Positions 1 to 17,740 of a DNA stretch of 64,000 nucleotides are shown here, one piece after another. Source of the DNA: Macrostomum hystrix. Its lineage: Eukaryota; Animalia; Platyhelminthes. The position numbers were made by a program, and so were the translations under genes. The notes under the pieces were generated by a model. That model was not told the DNA's origin and ran no database searches. It saw only the letters and a list, made by a program, of their open reading frames with translations. The first letter of the stretch is position 1; each line of letters begins with the position of its first letter. The stretch lies in NCBI GenBank assembly GCA_950097015.1, contig CATNEN010000039.1, positions 11,904,001-11,968,000 of the forward strand, written 5' to 3'.

Positions 1-620
1 ATATTATAACCCCTAGACTATATATTATAACCCCTAGACTATAGATTATAACCCCTAGACTATAGACTACGAGTATAACCCCTAGACTATAGATTATAAC
101 CCCTAGACTATAGATTATAACCCCTAGACTATAGATTATAACCCCTAGACTATAGATTATAACCCCTAGACTATAGATTATAACCTCTAGACTATAGATT
201 ATAACCCCTAGACTATAGATTATAACCCTTAGACTATAGATTATAACCCCTAGACTATAGATTATAACCCCTAGACTATAGATTATAACCCCTAGACTAT
301 AGATTATAACCCTTAGACTATAGATTATAACCCCTAGACTATAGACTATAACCCCTAGACTATAGATTATAACCCCTAGACTGTATATTATAACCCCTAG
401 ACTATATATTATAACCCCTAGACTATAGATTATAACCCCTAGACTATAGATTATAACCCCTAGACTATAGATTATAACCCCTAGACTATAGATTATAACC
501 CCTAGACTATAGATTATAACCCCTAGACTATAGATTATAACCCCTAGACTATAGATTATAACCCCTAGACTATAGATTATAACCCCTAGACTATAGATTA
601 TAACCCCTAGTCTACAGATT
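1..620. repeat. 21-bp minisatellite (ERK intron)
   Basis: (CTAGACTATAGATTATAACCC)n. Confidence 0.95.
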
Positions 621-1184
621 ATAACACCTAGTGTAAAGATTATTATGTCAATCTATTGACGATAATCATAAGTCTATAGATTCATATCCCGAATCTATAG
701 CTTAGTCTCCCAAGACTATAGATTATTATCTCTAGTCTATAGTTTCAGCATATTATATTTTTTATCCTTTGTCTTATACTTTATGCAAAGAAAGCTTAAT
801 TAGACATTCAGCGATAATAGCTCGTATTTGCTAGCATTTCCATAGCTACAGATATTTCAACACAGCATTTTTTCGGGATCATAATTATCAATCGGATTTT
901 TAATAAGCTCTCAGCGCACCTGTGCCTCACAGTTTTCGTGCGTCATAGCAATCCAATTTGAAGAAAATCATTTTTTTACAAACTCGTGACCTGTCTACAC
1001 ATCAAGACTAAAAATTATATGCGAACCAGCGAAGCTATAGGAATTACAATCAGAGATAAAAAAGCTGAGGTGATGGTGAGGTGATGTAAGGTAGGTAAAG
1101 GTAATGTGAAAAAGCTTATGAAAAAGTACATAATGTTAACTTTGTTAACATATTTTGGTAGACTTCTTAGATACAACAATGCAT

Positions 1185-1800
1185 TGCTAATCTATTTAAT
1201 TGATGATGGATTAGAATGGATTGCTAATCTATTCAATTTATGATGGATTAGAATGGATTGCTAATCTATTCAATTGATAATGGATTAGAATGGATTGCTA
1301 ATCTATTCAATTGATGATGGATTAGAATGGATTGCTAATCTATTCAATTGATGATGGATTAGAATGGATTGCTAATCTATTCAATTGATGATGGATTAGA
1401 ATGGATTGCTAATCTATTCAATTGATGATGGATTAGAATGGATTGCTAATCTATTCAATTGATGATGGATTAGAATGGATTGCTAATCTATTCAATTGAT
1501 GATGGATTAGAATGGATTGCTAATCTATTCAATTTATGATGGATTAGAATGGATTGCTAATCTATTCAATTGATGATCGGTTAGAATGGATTGCTAATCT
1601 ATTCAATTGATGAAGGATTAGAATGGATTGCTAATCTATTCAATTGATGATGGATTAGAATGGATTGCTAATCTATTCAATTGATGATGGATTAGAATGG
1701 ATTGCTAATCTATTCAATTGATGATGGATTAGAATGGATTGCTAATCTATTCAATTTATGATGGATTAGAATGGATTGCTAATCTGCTAAATTGATGAGG
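1185..1800. repeat. 37-bp minisatellite (ERK intron)
   Basis: (GATTGCTAATCTATTCAATTGATGATGGATTAGAATG)n. Confidence 0.95.
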
Positions 1801-1847
1801 AAAAAAAATGAATTGAGTAATTCTAATGTTACGTAATCTATTGCTTA

Positions 1848-5010
<3,163 letters not shown>

Positions 5011-7346
5011 GGCTTGTAGATTGTAGATATCCTATGCAGGCTAGTCAACTTAATATATTGATTTGAAATTAGAGTAGGCCCTACAGCTGTGACAAACAAT
5101 GATTAGGTTTTTTAGAACAGTAAAAGCCTGAAGTTTTTAAGGAAAATGACTAATGTGTAGTGGATTGTGTGTAATAGTGAACTAGGCCTAGGCTCTAGCT
5201 ATTAATAGGCCTAGGGGAAAAGAAACTTTTTACGACTTATGAACTAAAAGTTCTACAATTAAGAGTTCCTGGAGAAAAACTTAATTTCCTATTTTAGTAT
5301 AGTTAAGAACTTAATCGATTAGCATCGAGGGGCCAAATTCTTAAGCCAATGTACTTTTAGGTTCCTTGAAAATGAGCACTTTGAATCTATATGCTTAAAC
5401 AAATTTTTACGATGTTTAAAAAGTACGTCCCAACGAATAACTAACAACGTGAGACGCTGCAGCAGCATTTTATGCAATTTTTTTAAACGCTGGCTAAACT
5501 ATGAGTCTATGTCTATGCTCATTTACGCAAAATTTTCCAGACAATGGGGAAAAAATTCGAAGCTGCGCTATAACTTTTTTTGTCCAACTTTTCAACCAAA
5601 AATATCAGATAAAAAAGCAAACACGAACAAAAAATGTAAGAATAATATATTAATGTTTTACAGTGTGTGAAATACTTTTTATAATGTGTAGATTTTTTTG
5701 TAAAATGTGTTAGGGCCGATGTAAATAATAGAATGCACTCATCAAAATATGGTTTTCAAACAATGTATTTACTTCAGCCGCATTACGTACCGCCTTTCGG
5801 CGGGGTTAAAGGCCAGGCAGGAAATGATAATAATGAAATCCTAGGGATAGGCAGACAGCTACTTGAATCCAATTCTGAACAAATGTATAATTACAGAATA
5901 AGCGGATTATGAAGTGTGGAATTAATAATGTTTAAGTATAGAGTCGTCAGTCTTTCTTGTGAGGGATCAAATTTTGCACTTCTCATCGATGGAGGCGTTA
6001 GAAGTGTACCCTCGACTGCTCAAGTGTAGTCTTCATTGTTGGTATCATACTACTATACCTTTACTTGTTGGTTATGGCTGTATCGATCTGATCGGTCCTA
6101 GCTGTAGTCCGTTGTACTCGTACTAAAAATTATCTTCCCAAAATACTAAAGCTACGCCCGTACCCAGTGGCCGCAGCAGTGCAGTACGGTGCACACCATA
6201 AATATAAACGTCCTGTACACAAGACGCGGGAAGGATAGGCGCGCTGGGGTAGGTGACACCGAGATGTACGGCAGGAGAAAAGTGGACCAATCAGGCGCCG
6301 ACCCGGCCACGCAGAACCGCGGCTTGTGTCGGCTGCCGGATTGGGGTGGGGTAAGGGCTGAAGCCACGCAGGGCTGAGGGCATGGGTAGAGCCGCTGCAG
6401 GGCGAGGGAAACGAGTGGACTCATCCGATCAAAGAACTCTGGCTTAGCGAGCACAATTAAGCCAGGCCGGAGAACAGGATTGGAGGGTGGGTGAAAATGA
6501 CTGGCCATTTTTGGATTATCATTTCTTGATCGACTATCATTTTGGCCATTGCTTTGGCTTAAAAATGACATTTTGTGTATTGCACAAGGACCACCTAAAA
6601 GTATCACGAAACATAATATAAATTAACGAATTATAATATTATAACGAAACATAAGGCTGTCAAACTGTCATAATATGAGACAGGGAGAGATGAGACGGGA
6701 GAAATGAGACAGGGGAGAGATAATCGACATGGGAGAGATAGGACACAGGAGAGACCTCGCCTTGAAAGTGGTTTAGATAGGCGCCTGCTGTTGTCAAATC
6801 CAGTAAAGTGCAGCAGCTCTCTTCAGGGACTCCTCCGTCTGGCAGAACGAGTGCTAAACGATAATTTAATTTCAATAAGTAAGAAAATTGTGTCAGTCAA
6901 TTTTTCGCTGTATTTTTATGTCTTTTAAGCTTTATTAATTATATAGTAAAGACTCGTGCCTTTTATAAATATCGTCGGCGAGTGAAAAGACGAAATAGTC
7001 TTCAGCGTTTAAATTCGTACGCAGTGTTGTTTATAAAATTATTTTGTTATTTTTTTCATCTTGGGGGGCTTGGGAATTATATAGGACGCATCTAACACAA
7101 TCTTACTCAATTCACTAACGCTTTTCCGAGTAATCTTTAGCCCACTGCTACTAATTAAAACGATTGGTTTTAGAGTCACGGAACACCGACTCCACAGACA
7201 TAGCAAATAAGGAAACACTTAATTGTTTATATTATAAATATATGACACATATTATAATATGATTATATTTTCATTATATTTGAAAAAGTTTGCACGAATA
7301 GATATGCAAAAATCAACATGCCAGTATTATATTTAATTAGGTTTAG

Positions 7347-7380
7347 CGACGCGTTTCGCACAACAGTGTGCATCTTCAGG
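7347..7380 (-). ncRNA. Penelope-type minimal hammerhead ribozyme motif
   Basis: CCTGAAGAT-GCACA-CTGT-TGTGC-GAAACGCGTCG: CUGANGA and GAAA cores, stem II, palindromic stem III ACGCGT and a GUC triplet. Stem I is weak. Confidence 0.55.
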
Positions 7381-8598
7381 TTTATTTAAAACGAAATAGA
7401 ACGAGTAGAGATTGTGAATGAATAAATAAATGTAGAATAGTATACCTTTAAGAGAGCTATAAAAGTAAGAGCAAGAGCAAGAGAGTAAGAGCAGATATAA
7501 GAGGTATTTATTAGACATTGATAAAACACGCAAAACTAAAAGTCGCACAAATTGAAAAAAATTGTTAAAAGCATTGAGTTAAACAAAGCATACTTTACCG
7601 GGGTATTTTTTAACAGATAAAACTGTATTTTGACTTTCACTGTAAAATATAAAAATACTTTTTATCGCAACATACATAAAGTTTTAATTATAATAAAAGA
7701 GTCACCTATCAAGTCATTTATTTTTAAAATAGTGAACAGAACTTATTATTTTAGATATGTCGTAGATGTGTGGACGACGATCATTAGCAATGCCTAGGTG
7801 AAGGCGGGTTAGGTCTTACTAAGCTTTTCCAATATTTATATAATAGTCTATAATATTGTACTTTTAGCTCTGATTTATTTTTAATAATTGAAAATTTTAA
7901 GTATTTTTAATAATTTTATAATTATTTATTAAAATTTGATAAAATTCTCCTGTAGTCTCTCTCAACTTCAACTTTCCTAATTCATTTTATTGACTTAGTA
8001 TTATCTTCACTGTATTTTGGTGGCAATGGCAATCAGGCCTACTAAAGGCTTTATATATATTTATTATTTTAGCAGTTTGTAGTAAAAATGTACACTTGAC
8101 TCTTGAGTAATAAATTGTAGCAAACCTGCAAAAACATAAATGACTCCTGTTTTTAGTTTTAGTTTGATTTGATATAGTTTTAAAACCTATTTAAATTAAG
8201 TTGGTTGTTTGTACTTCATTAGGCCTACCTAAAATAAATAGTACATAATTAATACAAAGGCTTTAAAGCTATAAATATGCTATGCTATGGAGCAACATGA
8301 TTGATGTGTTCCCACAATTCAAACTAGTTGCAGTTAGCCTAATAATAATATAGTAATATAGTATAGTAAATATAGTAATGTAAATATGATACTTTTTCTC
8401 TTATATGCTTCTTTGTAGATTAGGTAATTAGATATTTATAAAGAAAATTATTCACAAAAAAATTCACAGCTAAAGTGGTGGGGTCGATGCTAAGTCCTTC
8501 AATTACTGAATAGAATAATATCTTAAAGCTTTTTAGATTTAGTTAGCATGCAGTTATTTATTAAATTGTGCTTTATCCCGGCCTGTGTTTATCTGCAG

Positions 8599-11500
8599 CC
8601 GGACCTGCGACCCTCCTCACAGGCTTCTGGTGGCGCAGCCAGCGGCCGCAGCAGTAGTCGGCGTAGTCGCCGAAGCAGTGCTGGCAGCGGCGGCTCTGTG
8701 GCATCATCATCAGCTGCTGCTGCCGATGATGCCCAGTCGCGAATATTCATGGCACTTAAGCAGCGAGGCGATGTTGAGCAGTTGAAAGCTCATCTTCGCA
8801 AACGCCTCTTTGAAGCTATTCAACAGCAGAACCAGAAGCCTCAGCAACAGCAGCAGCGTCAGCTTGAGATGGACGACATTGACAGGGCTGCGGCTACTCT
8901 GGTTGCTGAACACTTGCGCACCGCGGGATTTCCCTACAGTCTGTCAGTTTTTGTCCCTGAGTCGGGCTTATCCAGCGCCAGTCTTCTCGATCGAAACAGC
9001 CTGCAGGAGCTTCTAAGACTGCCGCCTTACGGTGGCTTTCATCGGCGTCTGGTTGCCGCGCCAGACGGAGCCAGCGTGCTTTGCACCGTCTTGCAACATT
9101 TGGCCGACGCTGACGGCTCGACCGGCGGCGGCGTCAACGCAGCCGTCCAGACTGTCGAGTCGAATCCGGCGGAGCAACTGCTGGCTGCCCGCATGGCCGT
9201 GATTGACAGCCAGTTCGATGAGCAGGTGGGTGGAAATTGTCTGCTGACTGACCCACTGACTCACTGACTCACTGACTCAGAAGCTAACTGACTCGCTGAC
9301 TCACTAGCTGACTGACCCACTGACCCACTGACTCCCTAGCTGACTGACCCACTGACCCACTGACTCACTAGCTGACTGACCCACTGACCCGCTGACTCAC
9401 TAGCTGACTGACCCACTGACTCACTAGCTGACTGACCCACTGACTCACTAGCTGACTGACCCACTGACCCACTGACTCCCTAGCTGACTGACCCACTAAC
9501 CCACTGACTGACTAGCTGACTGACCCACAGACTCACTAGCTGACTGACCCACTGACTCCCTAGCTGACTGACCCACTAACCCACTGACTGACTAGCTGAC
9601 TGACCCACAGACTCACTAGCTGACTGACCCACTGACTCACTAGCTGACTGACCCACTGACTCACTAGCTGGCTGAACCACTGACTCACTAGCTGACTGAC
9701 CCACTGACTCACTAGCTGACTGACCCACTGACTCACTAGCTGGCTGAACCACTGACTCACTAGCTGACTGACCCACTGACTCACTAGCTGACTGACCCAC
9801 TGACTCACTAGCTGACTGATCCACTGACTGACTAGCTGACTGACCCACTGACTTACTAGCTGGCTGAACCACTGACTCACTAGCTGGCTGAACCACTGAC
9901 TCACTAGCTGGCTGAACCACTGACTCACTAGCTGACTGACCAACTGACTCACTAGCTGACTGACCAACTGACTCACTAGCTGACTGACCAACTGACTCAC
10001 TAGCTGACTGAACCACTGACTGACTAGCTGGCTGAACCACTGACTCACTAGCTGACTCACTGACTAGCTACATGTAGAGCATTTCAATTACTCAAACCGA
10101 CCTATCCACCAAAATCACCTTTAGGCAAAGCAGCGCAAGCGCCAGCCAAACTCGTCGGCTGCCTCGGTGGAGTCGGCGCTGCTCCAGTGCCGCCGCGAGA
10201 CGGAGGAGCGGATGCGCAAGCAGGCCCAGGCTGAGATGCAGCGATTTCGTGACGGCGAATTAGCCAAGGCTCGCCTGGAGGAGCGAGTCGCCATGCAGAA
10301 GGAGCTGGAGGCCAGGCGGCGCGAGATGGAGGCCGAATATCGGCTGCGATTCGCCCGACTTGTCGACCGCGAGGGCAGCTGCGATGATGCTCTGGCCAGA
10401 CAGTTGAAAGTAAGAAAAGTTTATCAGTAGAAAAAATCAGTAAAAAAACTGGGGCTTCTCAAATGCCCACAAAGTTTCATTTTCTGTATCTCCAAAATAT
10501 TTAACCAATAAAAATTTCCGCTCTATCCGATTAAACAACTTCCAGAACCACAAAACATCGGGAAAAATAGCGTGGTCTCTCTACTGTTAACTGCTAGTTC
10601 AAAAATCATTACTAATGCACTAATAAGATAGCGAGGAACTGTACATAATTATAGTAATAGTTGCTCTGCCCGTTTACTTTTTTCCCATCATCTAAATGAC
10701 TTAGAGCAGTTTTTAAATAAGAATCAACAGCAAGTTTTGACAATTATTCTCTCCTAGGAGCAAGAGCGCGAGTGTTACTTGCGCAGGCAGACCCTGCTGG
10801 AGCAGATCGACTTGGCCAGGGAACGTGAGAACCAGCTCAGGCGCGACAGAGAGGCTTGGGACAGGTGAGCTCACTGATCTCTTTGATCCCATTGCTCTCC
10901 CAATCTCACTGATCCCATGTTATCTCCGCTAGTCCTAATCACTGAAAAGAATCAAGAGTTTTCCATTTTGCAGGGAGCAGACGGTGCGACAGGAGCAATT
11001 GCGAGCCATGGACCAGTCGCTCATAGACCGGGAGACAAAGCTAAAAGCCAGCGAGCTGTCACTGGAGAGCCGGCTTAGAGATGAGGTGGCCAAGTGAGTG
11101 AGCTTGCGCGTTTATAGTGAGATTTCTGAGTGTTTATGGTGAGATTTCCGTGTGTTTATGGTGAGATTTCTGAGTGTTTATAGTGAGATTTCCGAGTGTT
11201 TATAGTGAGATTTCTGAGTGTTTATGGTGAGATTTCTGAGTGTTTATAGTGAGATTTCTGTGTTTATAGTGAGATTTCTGTGTTTATAGTGAGATTTCTG
11301 TGTTTATAGTGAGATTTCTGTGTTTATAGTGAGATTTCTGTGTTTATAGTGAGATTTCTGTGTTTATAGTGAGATTTCTGTGTTTATAGTGAGATTTCTG
11401 TGTTTATAGTGAGATTTCTGTGTTTATAGTGAGATTTCTGTGTTTATAGTGAGATTTCTGTGGTTATAGTGAGATTTCTGTGTTTATAGTGAGATTTCTA

Positions 11501-14500
11501 TGTCCAATCTTAGTTTTTCTTGTTTTCTATCTGCAACTTTGTTAAATTTTTAACTCGAATTAATTACTTAGGATCAAACTGACTGAGGAAACAAAGTATT
11601 TTCAAAAATGGAAAGAGCTCGAAATGCAGGACGCCAGGAGTAAAGGTTTGTTAGAACTCAGTCAGTTTAAATTGGCGCCAGACTCTAAAATATTCAAAAT
11701 TCAAAGCCGGAATTTTTTATTTGGCAGAGGAGCGAGCCATTATCGATCGCGAACGGGAGGCTTCGAGGAAGCTGAGGGAGGACCTTTTGCAACGTCAGGG
11801 ACTGCTGAACGAGATGGAGGTTGGTTGACTCTTAGAAATGTTCTGAAAGATTTGTTTAAAGCTGTAGAATATGTTAGCGTTCTTGCATTGCAAATTTAAT
11901 AAATTGTTTTTTTATAACTTGACGGCCATCAGCTTTCAGTGTCCTTGATGTCTGTTGGCAACGCCGGTACTGGTTCCAAGGTATTCCGTTCAAGCTAAAA
12001 TTCTGACCCTCTTTGGCATGGCTTAAGTCCTAAGATCTACAAAAGTCTTTCTGACTAAGCCTTTTCTCTGTCCTGCATATTGCTACTGGCTACCTGCGTT
12101 TGATTTCCTTTGTTACCTTGACCCCACTGCCGCAACTGCATGACAACTGATGGTTTTTTCTTTGATTGACTACTAGTCTTTGTCTGTTATTTGTCTTTGT
12201 GCTATGCTTTGCTATAGTCTCATCTCTCCCCTGTCTCATCTCTCCCCTGTCTCATCTCACCCCTGTTCTCATCTCTCCCGTGTATCGTCTCTCCCCTGTC
12301 TTATCTCTCCCCTGTCTTATCTCTCCCCTGTCTCATCTCTCCCCTGTCTTATCTCTCCCCTGTCTTATCTCTCCCCTGTCTCATCTCTCCCCTGTCTTAT
12401 CTCTCCCCTGTCTTATCTCTCCCCTGTCTCATCTCTCCCCTGTCTCATCTCTCCCCCGTCTTATCTCTCCCCTGTCTTATCTCTCCCTTGTCTCATCTCT
12501 CCTTTGTCTTATCTCTCCCCTGTCTCATCTCTCCCCTGTCTTATCTCTCCCCTATCTTATCTCTCCCCTGTCTCATCTCTCCCCTGTCTTATCTCTCCCC
12601 TGTCTCATCTCTCCCCTGTCTCATCTCTCCCCTGTCTTATCTCTCCCCTGTCTTATCTCTCCCCTGTCTCATCTCTCCCTTGTCTTATCTCTCCCCTGTC
12701 TCGCCTCTTCCGTGTCTCATCTCTCCCCTGTTCTCATCTCTCTCCCATGTCTCGCCTCTTCCGTGTCTCATCTCTCCGCTATCTCAGCTCTCTCCTGTAA
12801 TATTTCTTATGTCTTTTCTCTTCCCTTTGTCATCTATCCTTTGTCTCATCCCTTCCTTATTTTACCTCTCCCTGTCCTATGTACCCTGATACTAATATTT
12901 CTATGGAATTTTTCGGTGGTATTCTCTGATCTCTTCCGTGAGTTTATAATCCATAAGATTATTCTCTCGAATGCCAATATTTTATTATTAATACTTTACA
13001 CGGGGAACATCAGTCTGAGCACAGACTCTGCATTCTTTGTTTCCTCAAGACACACACCAGGGACTTGCGTCGTGACTTGTTATTCGCCGAGGCGAAGAAT
13101 GTACTTATGCGAGATCGCTTGGAGGAGGTAATGGGATTGTGTAACGACGCCTCACTTCAGATATCGAAAGCTTCAAATATGACCTCTGCTACTTATTAGT
13201 TTTCACTGCATCCAATTATCACTGACGGGTTTTTGTCTTACTAATTAAAATTTGGAGTTAAATTTCCTGAGAACCAAGAGAAGTTGGGTCTCTTTCCTAG
13301 AAACTAAAAAATAGTAATTTAAATTCCTAGTAATTATAATGTAAGACTTTAATTCTTAAGATTAGGGTTGCGTAACCTAAGTGTTTTGGTTTCAATTCTC
13401 GGAAAGTTAACCTTTTAGCATATTGATTCTAAGAATCTGAATACAATGAAATTTTAAAAGAAAATGATATTGGTCGTAAATCGCATTTATTTTTCTTTGT
13501 AACTACCTGCTCACATTTTCCTCAGTTATGTTGTCTTTTGAACTGCTTTTATACGAGCGGAATTGATATATTTCAAAAAAGCAGTGTAATTGTTTTTCTC
13601 TTCTAATTAACTCCAGGTTGTCGACTATCCACGACTCAAGGAAGAGAATGCCGCACTCAAACGAGAGATAGAACTTCTTAACAAGTGAGTTGAACTTCTT
13701 AACTGCTCAGCAGGGTACTATGACCAGTCAGTGAACGCAGCAGGGTACTATGACCAGTCAGTGAACGCAGCAGGGTACTATGACCAGTCAGTGAACTCAG
13801 CAGGGTACTATGACCAGTCAGTGAACTCAGCAGGGTATTATGACCAGTCAGTGAACTCAGCAGGGTACTATGACCAGTCAGTGAACGCAGCAGGGTACTA
13901 TGACCAGTCAGTGAACGCAGCAGGGTACTATGACCAGTCAGTGAACGCAGCAGGGTACTATGACCAGTCAGTGAACTCAGCAGGGTACTATGACCAGTCA
14001 GTGAACTCAGCAGGGTATTATGACCAGTCAGTGAACGCAGCAGGGTACTATGACCAGTCAGTGAACTCAGCAGGGTACTATGACCAGTCAGTGAACTCAG
14101 CAGGGTATTATGACCAGTCAGTGAACTCAGCAGATACTATGAACAGTCAGTGAACTCAGCAGGGTACTATGACCAGTCAGTGAACTCAGCAGGGTACTAT
14201 GACCAGTCAGTGAACTTAGCAGGGTACTATGACCAGTCAGTGAACTCAGCAGGGTTCCATGACCTCCACGATTGTGTCAGGCGCGCGGCAGAGCTGCGCA
14301 TCGAGGTTGAGGCCGAGCGTCAGCGGTCTCAGCGTGTCGATCAGGAGGCCAATCGCGAGCTGGACCGCCTGCGGCAGGCTGCAGCTTCAGTGGAGCAGCA
14401 GCGCTCCGGCCTCGAGCGCCGGCTTCAGGAGGAGGCGGCCAACGCGTCGCGCTACCAATCCGAGGCCGAGTCGGTCAGGCAGGAAGTCGCCGAGCTTCGG

Positions 14501-17500
14501 CGTCAGCTGACATCGGCCGAGGAGGCCCTCGCCGCGGCGGATCGGCAGGCTCAGATTCAGCAGCTCAGGCAGATGGCCAACGGAGGCGGCGGCGGCGGCT
14601 ATGGACAGCCTCAGCGAAGTGCCCGCAGCTTCGGCTCGGCTAGGCTAGCGGCTTCGGATGCTGGAGCAGGCGACGATGACGGCGGCGGTGGCGGCGGTGG
14701 ATTGGCCTCCTTCCGGTTGATGACTCCGCGCGGACCGCTGATGTCACACCGGTCTGGATTCGGCGCTGATTACGGTGGCGGAGGCGGTGGCGGTGGCGGG
14801 CCAGCAGCTAGCAATCTGCACGACGACGAAATTGCTGAGACGATGGATCGTTTAAGGCAGCTGGGTGCGTCCTCCATGCGTTTTTGTGTGGATTTCGCAT
14901 AGATTAATTGGCTTGTTCCTTAGATTGTATCGATTTTTCCAAATATTAAATCTATTCTCTAAAGATTGTGTGAGTCCTTCCATAAATTGTATCGATTTCA
15001 CATAGACTGTATGGATATCACATAGAATGTATGGATTTCACATACACTGTTTGGATATCACATAGACTGTATGGATTTGACATAGACTGTATGGATTTCA
15101 CATAGAATGTATGGATTTCACATACACTGTATGGATATCACATAGACTGTATGGATTTGACATAGACTGTATGGATTTCACATAGAATGTATGGATTTCA
15201 CATAGACTATATGGATATCACATAGACTGTATGGATTTCACATAGACTGTATGGATTTCACATAGACTGTATGGATTTCACATAGACTGTATGGATATCA
15301 CATAGACTGTATGGATTTCACATAGACTGTATGGATTTCACATAGACTGTATGGATTTCACATAGACTGTATGGATATCACATAGAATGTATCGATTTCA
15401 CATAGACTGTATGGATTTCACATAGACTGTATGGATTTGACATAGACTGTATGGATTTCACATAGACTGTATGGATTTCACATAGACTGTATGGATTTCA
15501 CATAGACTGTATGGATTTCACATAGACTGTATGGATTTCACATAGACTGTATGGATTTCCTAACCCCGAATGTTGCAGACGAGGAGGGCGAGTCGCTGAA
15601 CCAGGCCTACCGCAGCTTCCAGCACCGACTGCAGCAGTCAGTGTTCCAGCCTCCGCCCCAGCCTCATCAGCGGCGCCACCTGCAGCAGTCGAACAGCAAC
15701 GCGGCAGTTGTTCCGGCTGCTGAAATCGACGACAACGATGACTCAAGATGGTTGCTAGGCAGCAAGAGTCGACCAGCCGAGCAAGACTTGCAGCTAACCG
15801 ACGCCCCATTTGATGCTCAGCTGCTTAGCGTGGATTCGCAGAAATACGAGTCAGTTCAATTGTTAGGGATTATTATATCTATTTTGACTTCCTATTTCTA
15901 GAGCCACATAAGCATGGATTTCTTAACATAGATCCAACTATTCATAAATCTTATTGAACATAAATCCCACTGTACATAAACCCCAATGTAAATAAATTTT
16001 ACAGTAGAAAAATTTTACTGTACATAAATCCTTCAGAACATAGTTCCCATTGTACATAAATCCCACTGTACATAAATCCCATTGTACATAAATCCCACTG
16101 TACATAAATCCCATTGTACATAAGTCCCACTGTACATAAATCCCACTGTGCATAAATCCCATTGTACATAAATCCCACTGTACATAAATCCCACTTTACA
16201 TAAATCCCACTTTACATGAATCCCACTGTACATAAATCCCATTGTACATAAATCCCACTGTACATAAATCCCATTGTACACAAATCCCTTTGTACATAAA
16301 TACCACTGTACATAAATCCCACTGTACATAAATCCCACTTTACATGAATCCCACTGTGCATAAATCCCATTGTACATAAATCCCACTTTACATGAATCCC
16401 ACTGTGCATAAATCCCATTGTACATAAATCCCACTTTACATAAATCCCACTTTACATAAATCCCACTTTACATAAATCCCACTTTACATAAATCCCACTT
16501 TACATAAATCCCACTTTACATGAATCCCACTGTGCATAAATCCCATTGTACATAAATCCCACTGTACATAAATCCCACTGTACATAAATCCTATTGTACA
16601 TAAATCCCACTTTACATGAATCCCACTGTGCATAAATCCCACTGTACATAAATCCCACTGTACATGAATCCCGCAGAGCTTAAACCCTAATGTTTAAGCT
16701 CAAAATGAACCGCTTAGTTTCCTTTTTTATATATTTCTTCTGTTTCCTGAGTACTAAAGTCTGTCGAAAAAGTAACGAATTGAATCTCACGCCAGATTTT
16801 CAAAGACAATCCATCATCAGCAGCAGCAGCAGCAGCATGTGCGGTTTAATCGAGCCCAAGCCATTAGGTCTCGAGCCCAAGCGATTTTATTTATTTTTTG
16901 ACATTTCTTGTTTTACTTTGAGACACATGGCGACCATCTTTTTGTTTGCCTTTTTTTCTACGGTTTTTTTACTACCTGAATTTGTTGCACAAATTGATAT
17001 CCCACCACAACACATCGTTTTACTGCTCAGGATCGGCAATTCTGTTTTACTACTTTTTTAGATTTTAAAAGAGCTTCAAATAAGCTTTTCTAATTAATCG
17101 ACATCCTCAAATCCCAATTTGTCGATCCCATTCTCCCTGATCCCATTCTCCCTGATCCCATTCTCCCTGATCCCATTCTCCCTGATCCCATTCTCCCTGA
17201 TCCCATTCTCCCTGATCCCATTCTCCCTGATCCTATTCTCCCATATCCCAATTTAACTGATCCCATTCTCCCATATTCCATTTTAACTAATCCCATTCTC
17301 CCTGATCCCATTCTCCCATATTCCATTTTAACTGATCTCATTCTCCCTGATCCCATTCTCCCATATTCCATTTTAACTGATCCGATTCTCCCTGATCTCA
17401 TTCTCCCTGATCCCATTCTCCCTGATCCCATTCTCCCGGATCCCATTCTCCCATATCCCAATTTAATTGATCCCATTCTCCATGAGTCCATTCTGCCAGT

Positions 17501-17707
17501 TACCGCTTTTATTCTCTCTAGTTTTGAATTGTGTGAGCCCGTTGTTTCCTTATCCTGCTTTTATCCCTATTCTGTCATCATCCTAAGTAGCCCGCCCCAC
17601 TTCGCATGCTCCCAGGTCGGACCAGGCCTATCATCACTACGGTGCCATCAGCTTTGGCGACCTGGAGAATCAGGGCAAAGCTTCGCCGCCACTCCTGGTT
17701 GCTAGGG

Positions 17708-17740
<33 letters not shown>

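Noticed and set aside
6040-6500. TGGTATCA as a tRNA-Met PBS plus GC-rich ORFs at 6152-6607
   Set aside because: The match stops after 8 nt, and no LTR pair or recognisable protein motif was found.
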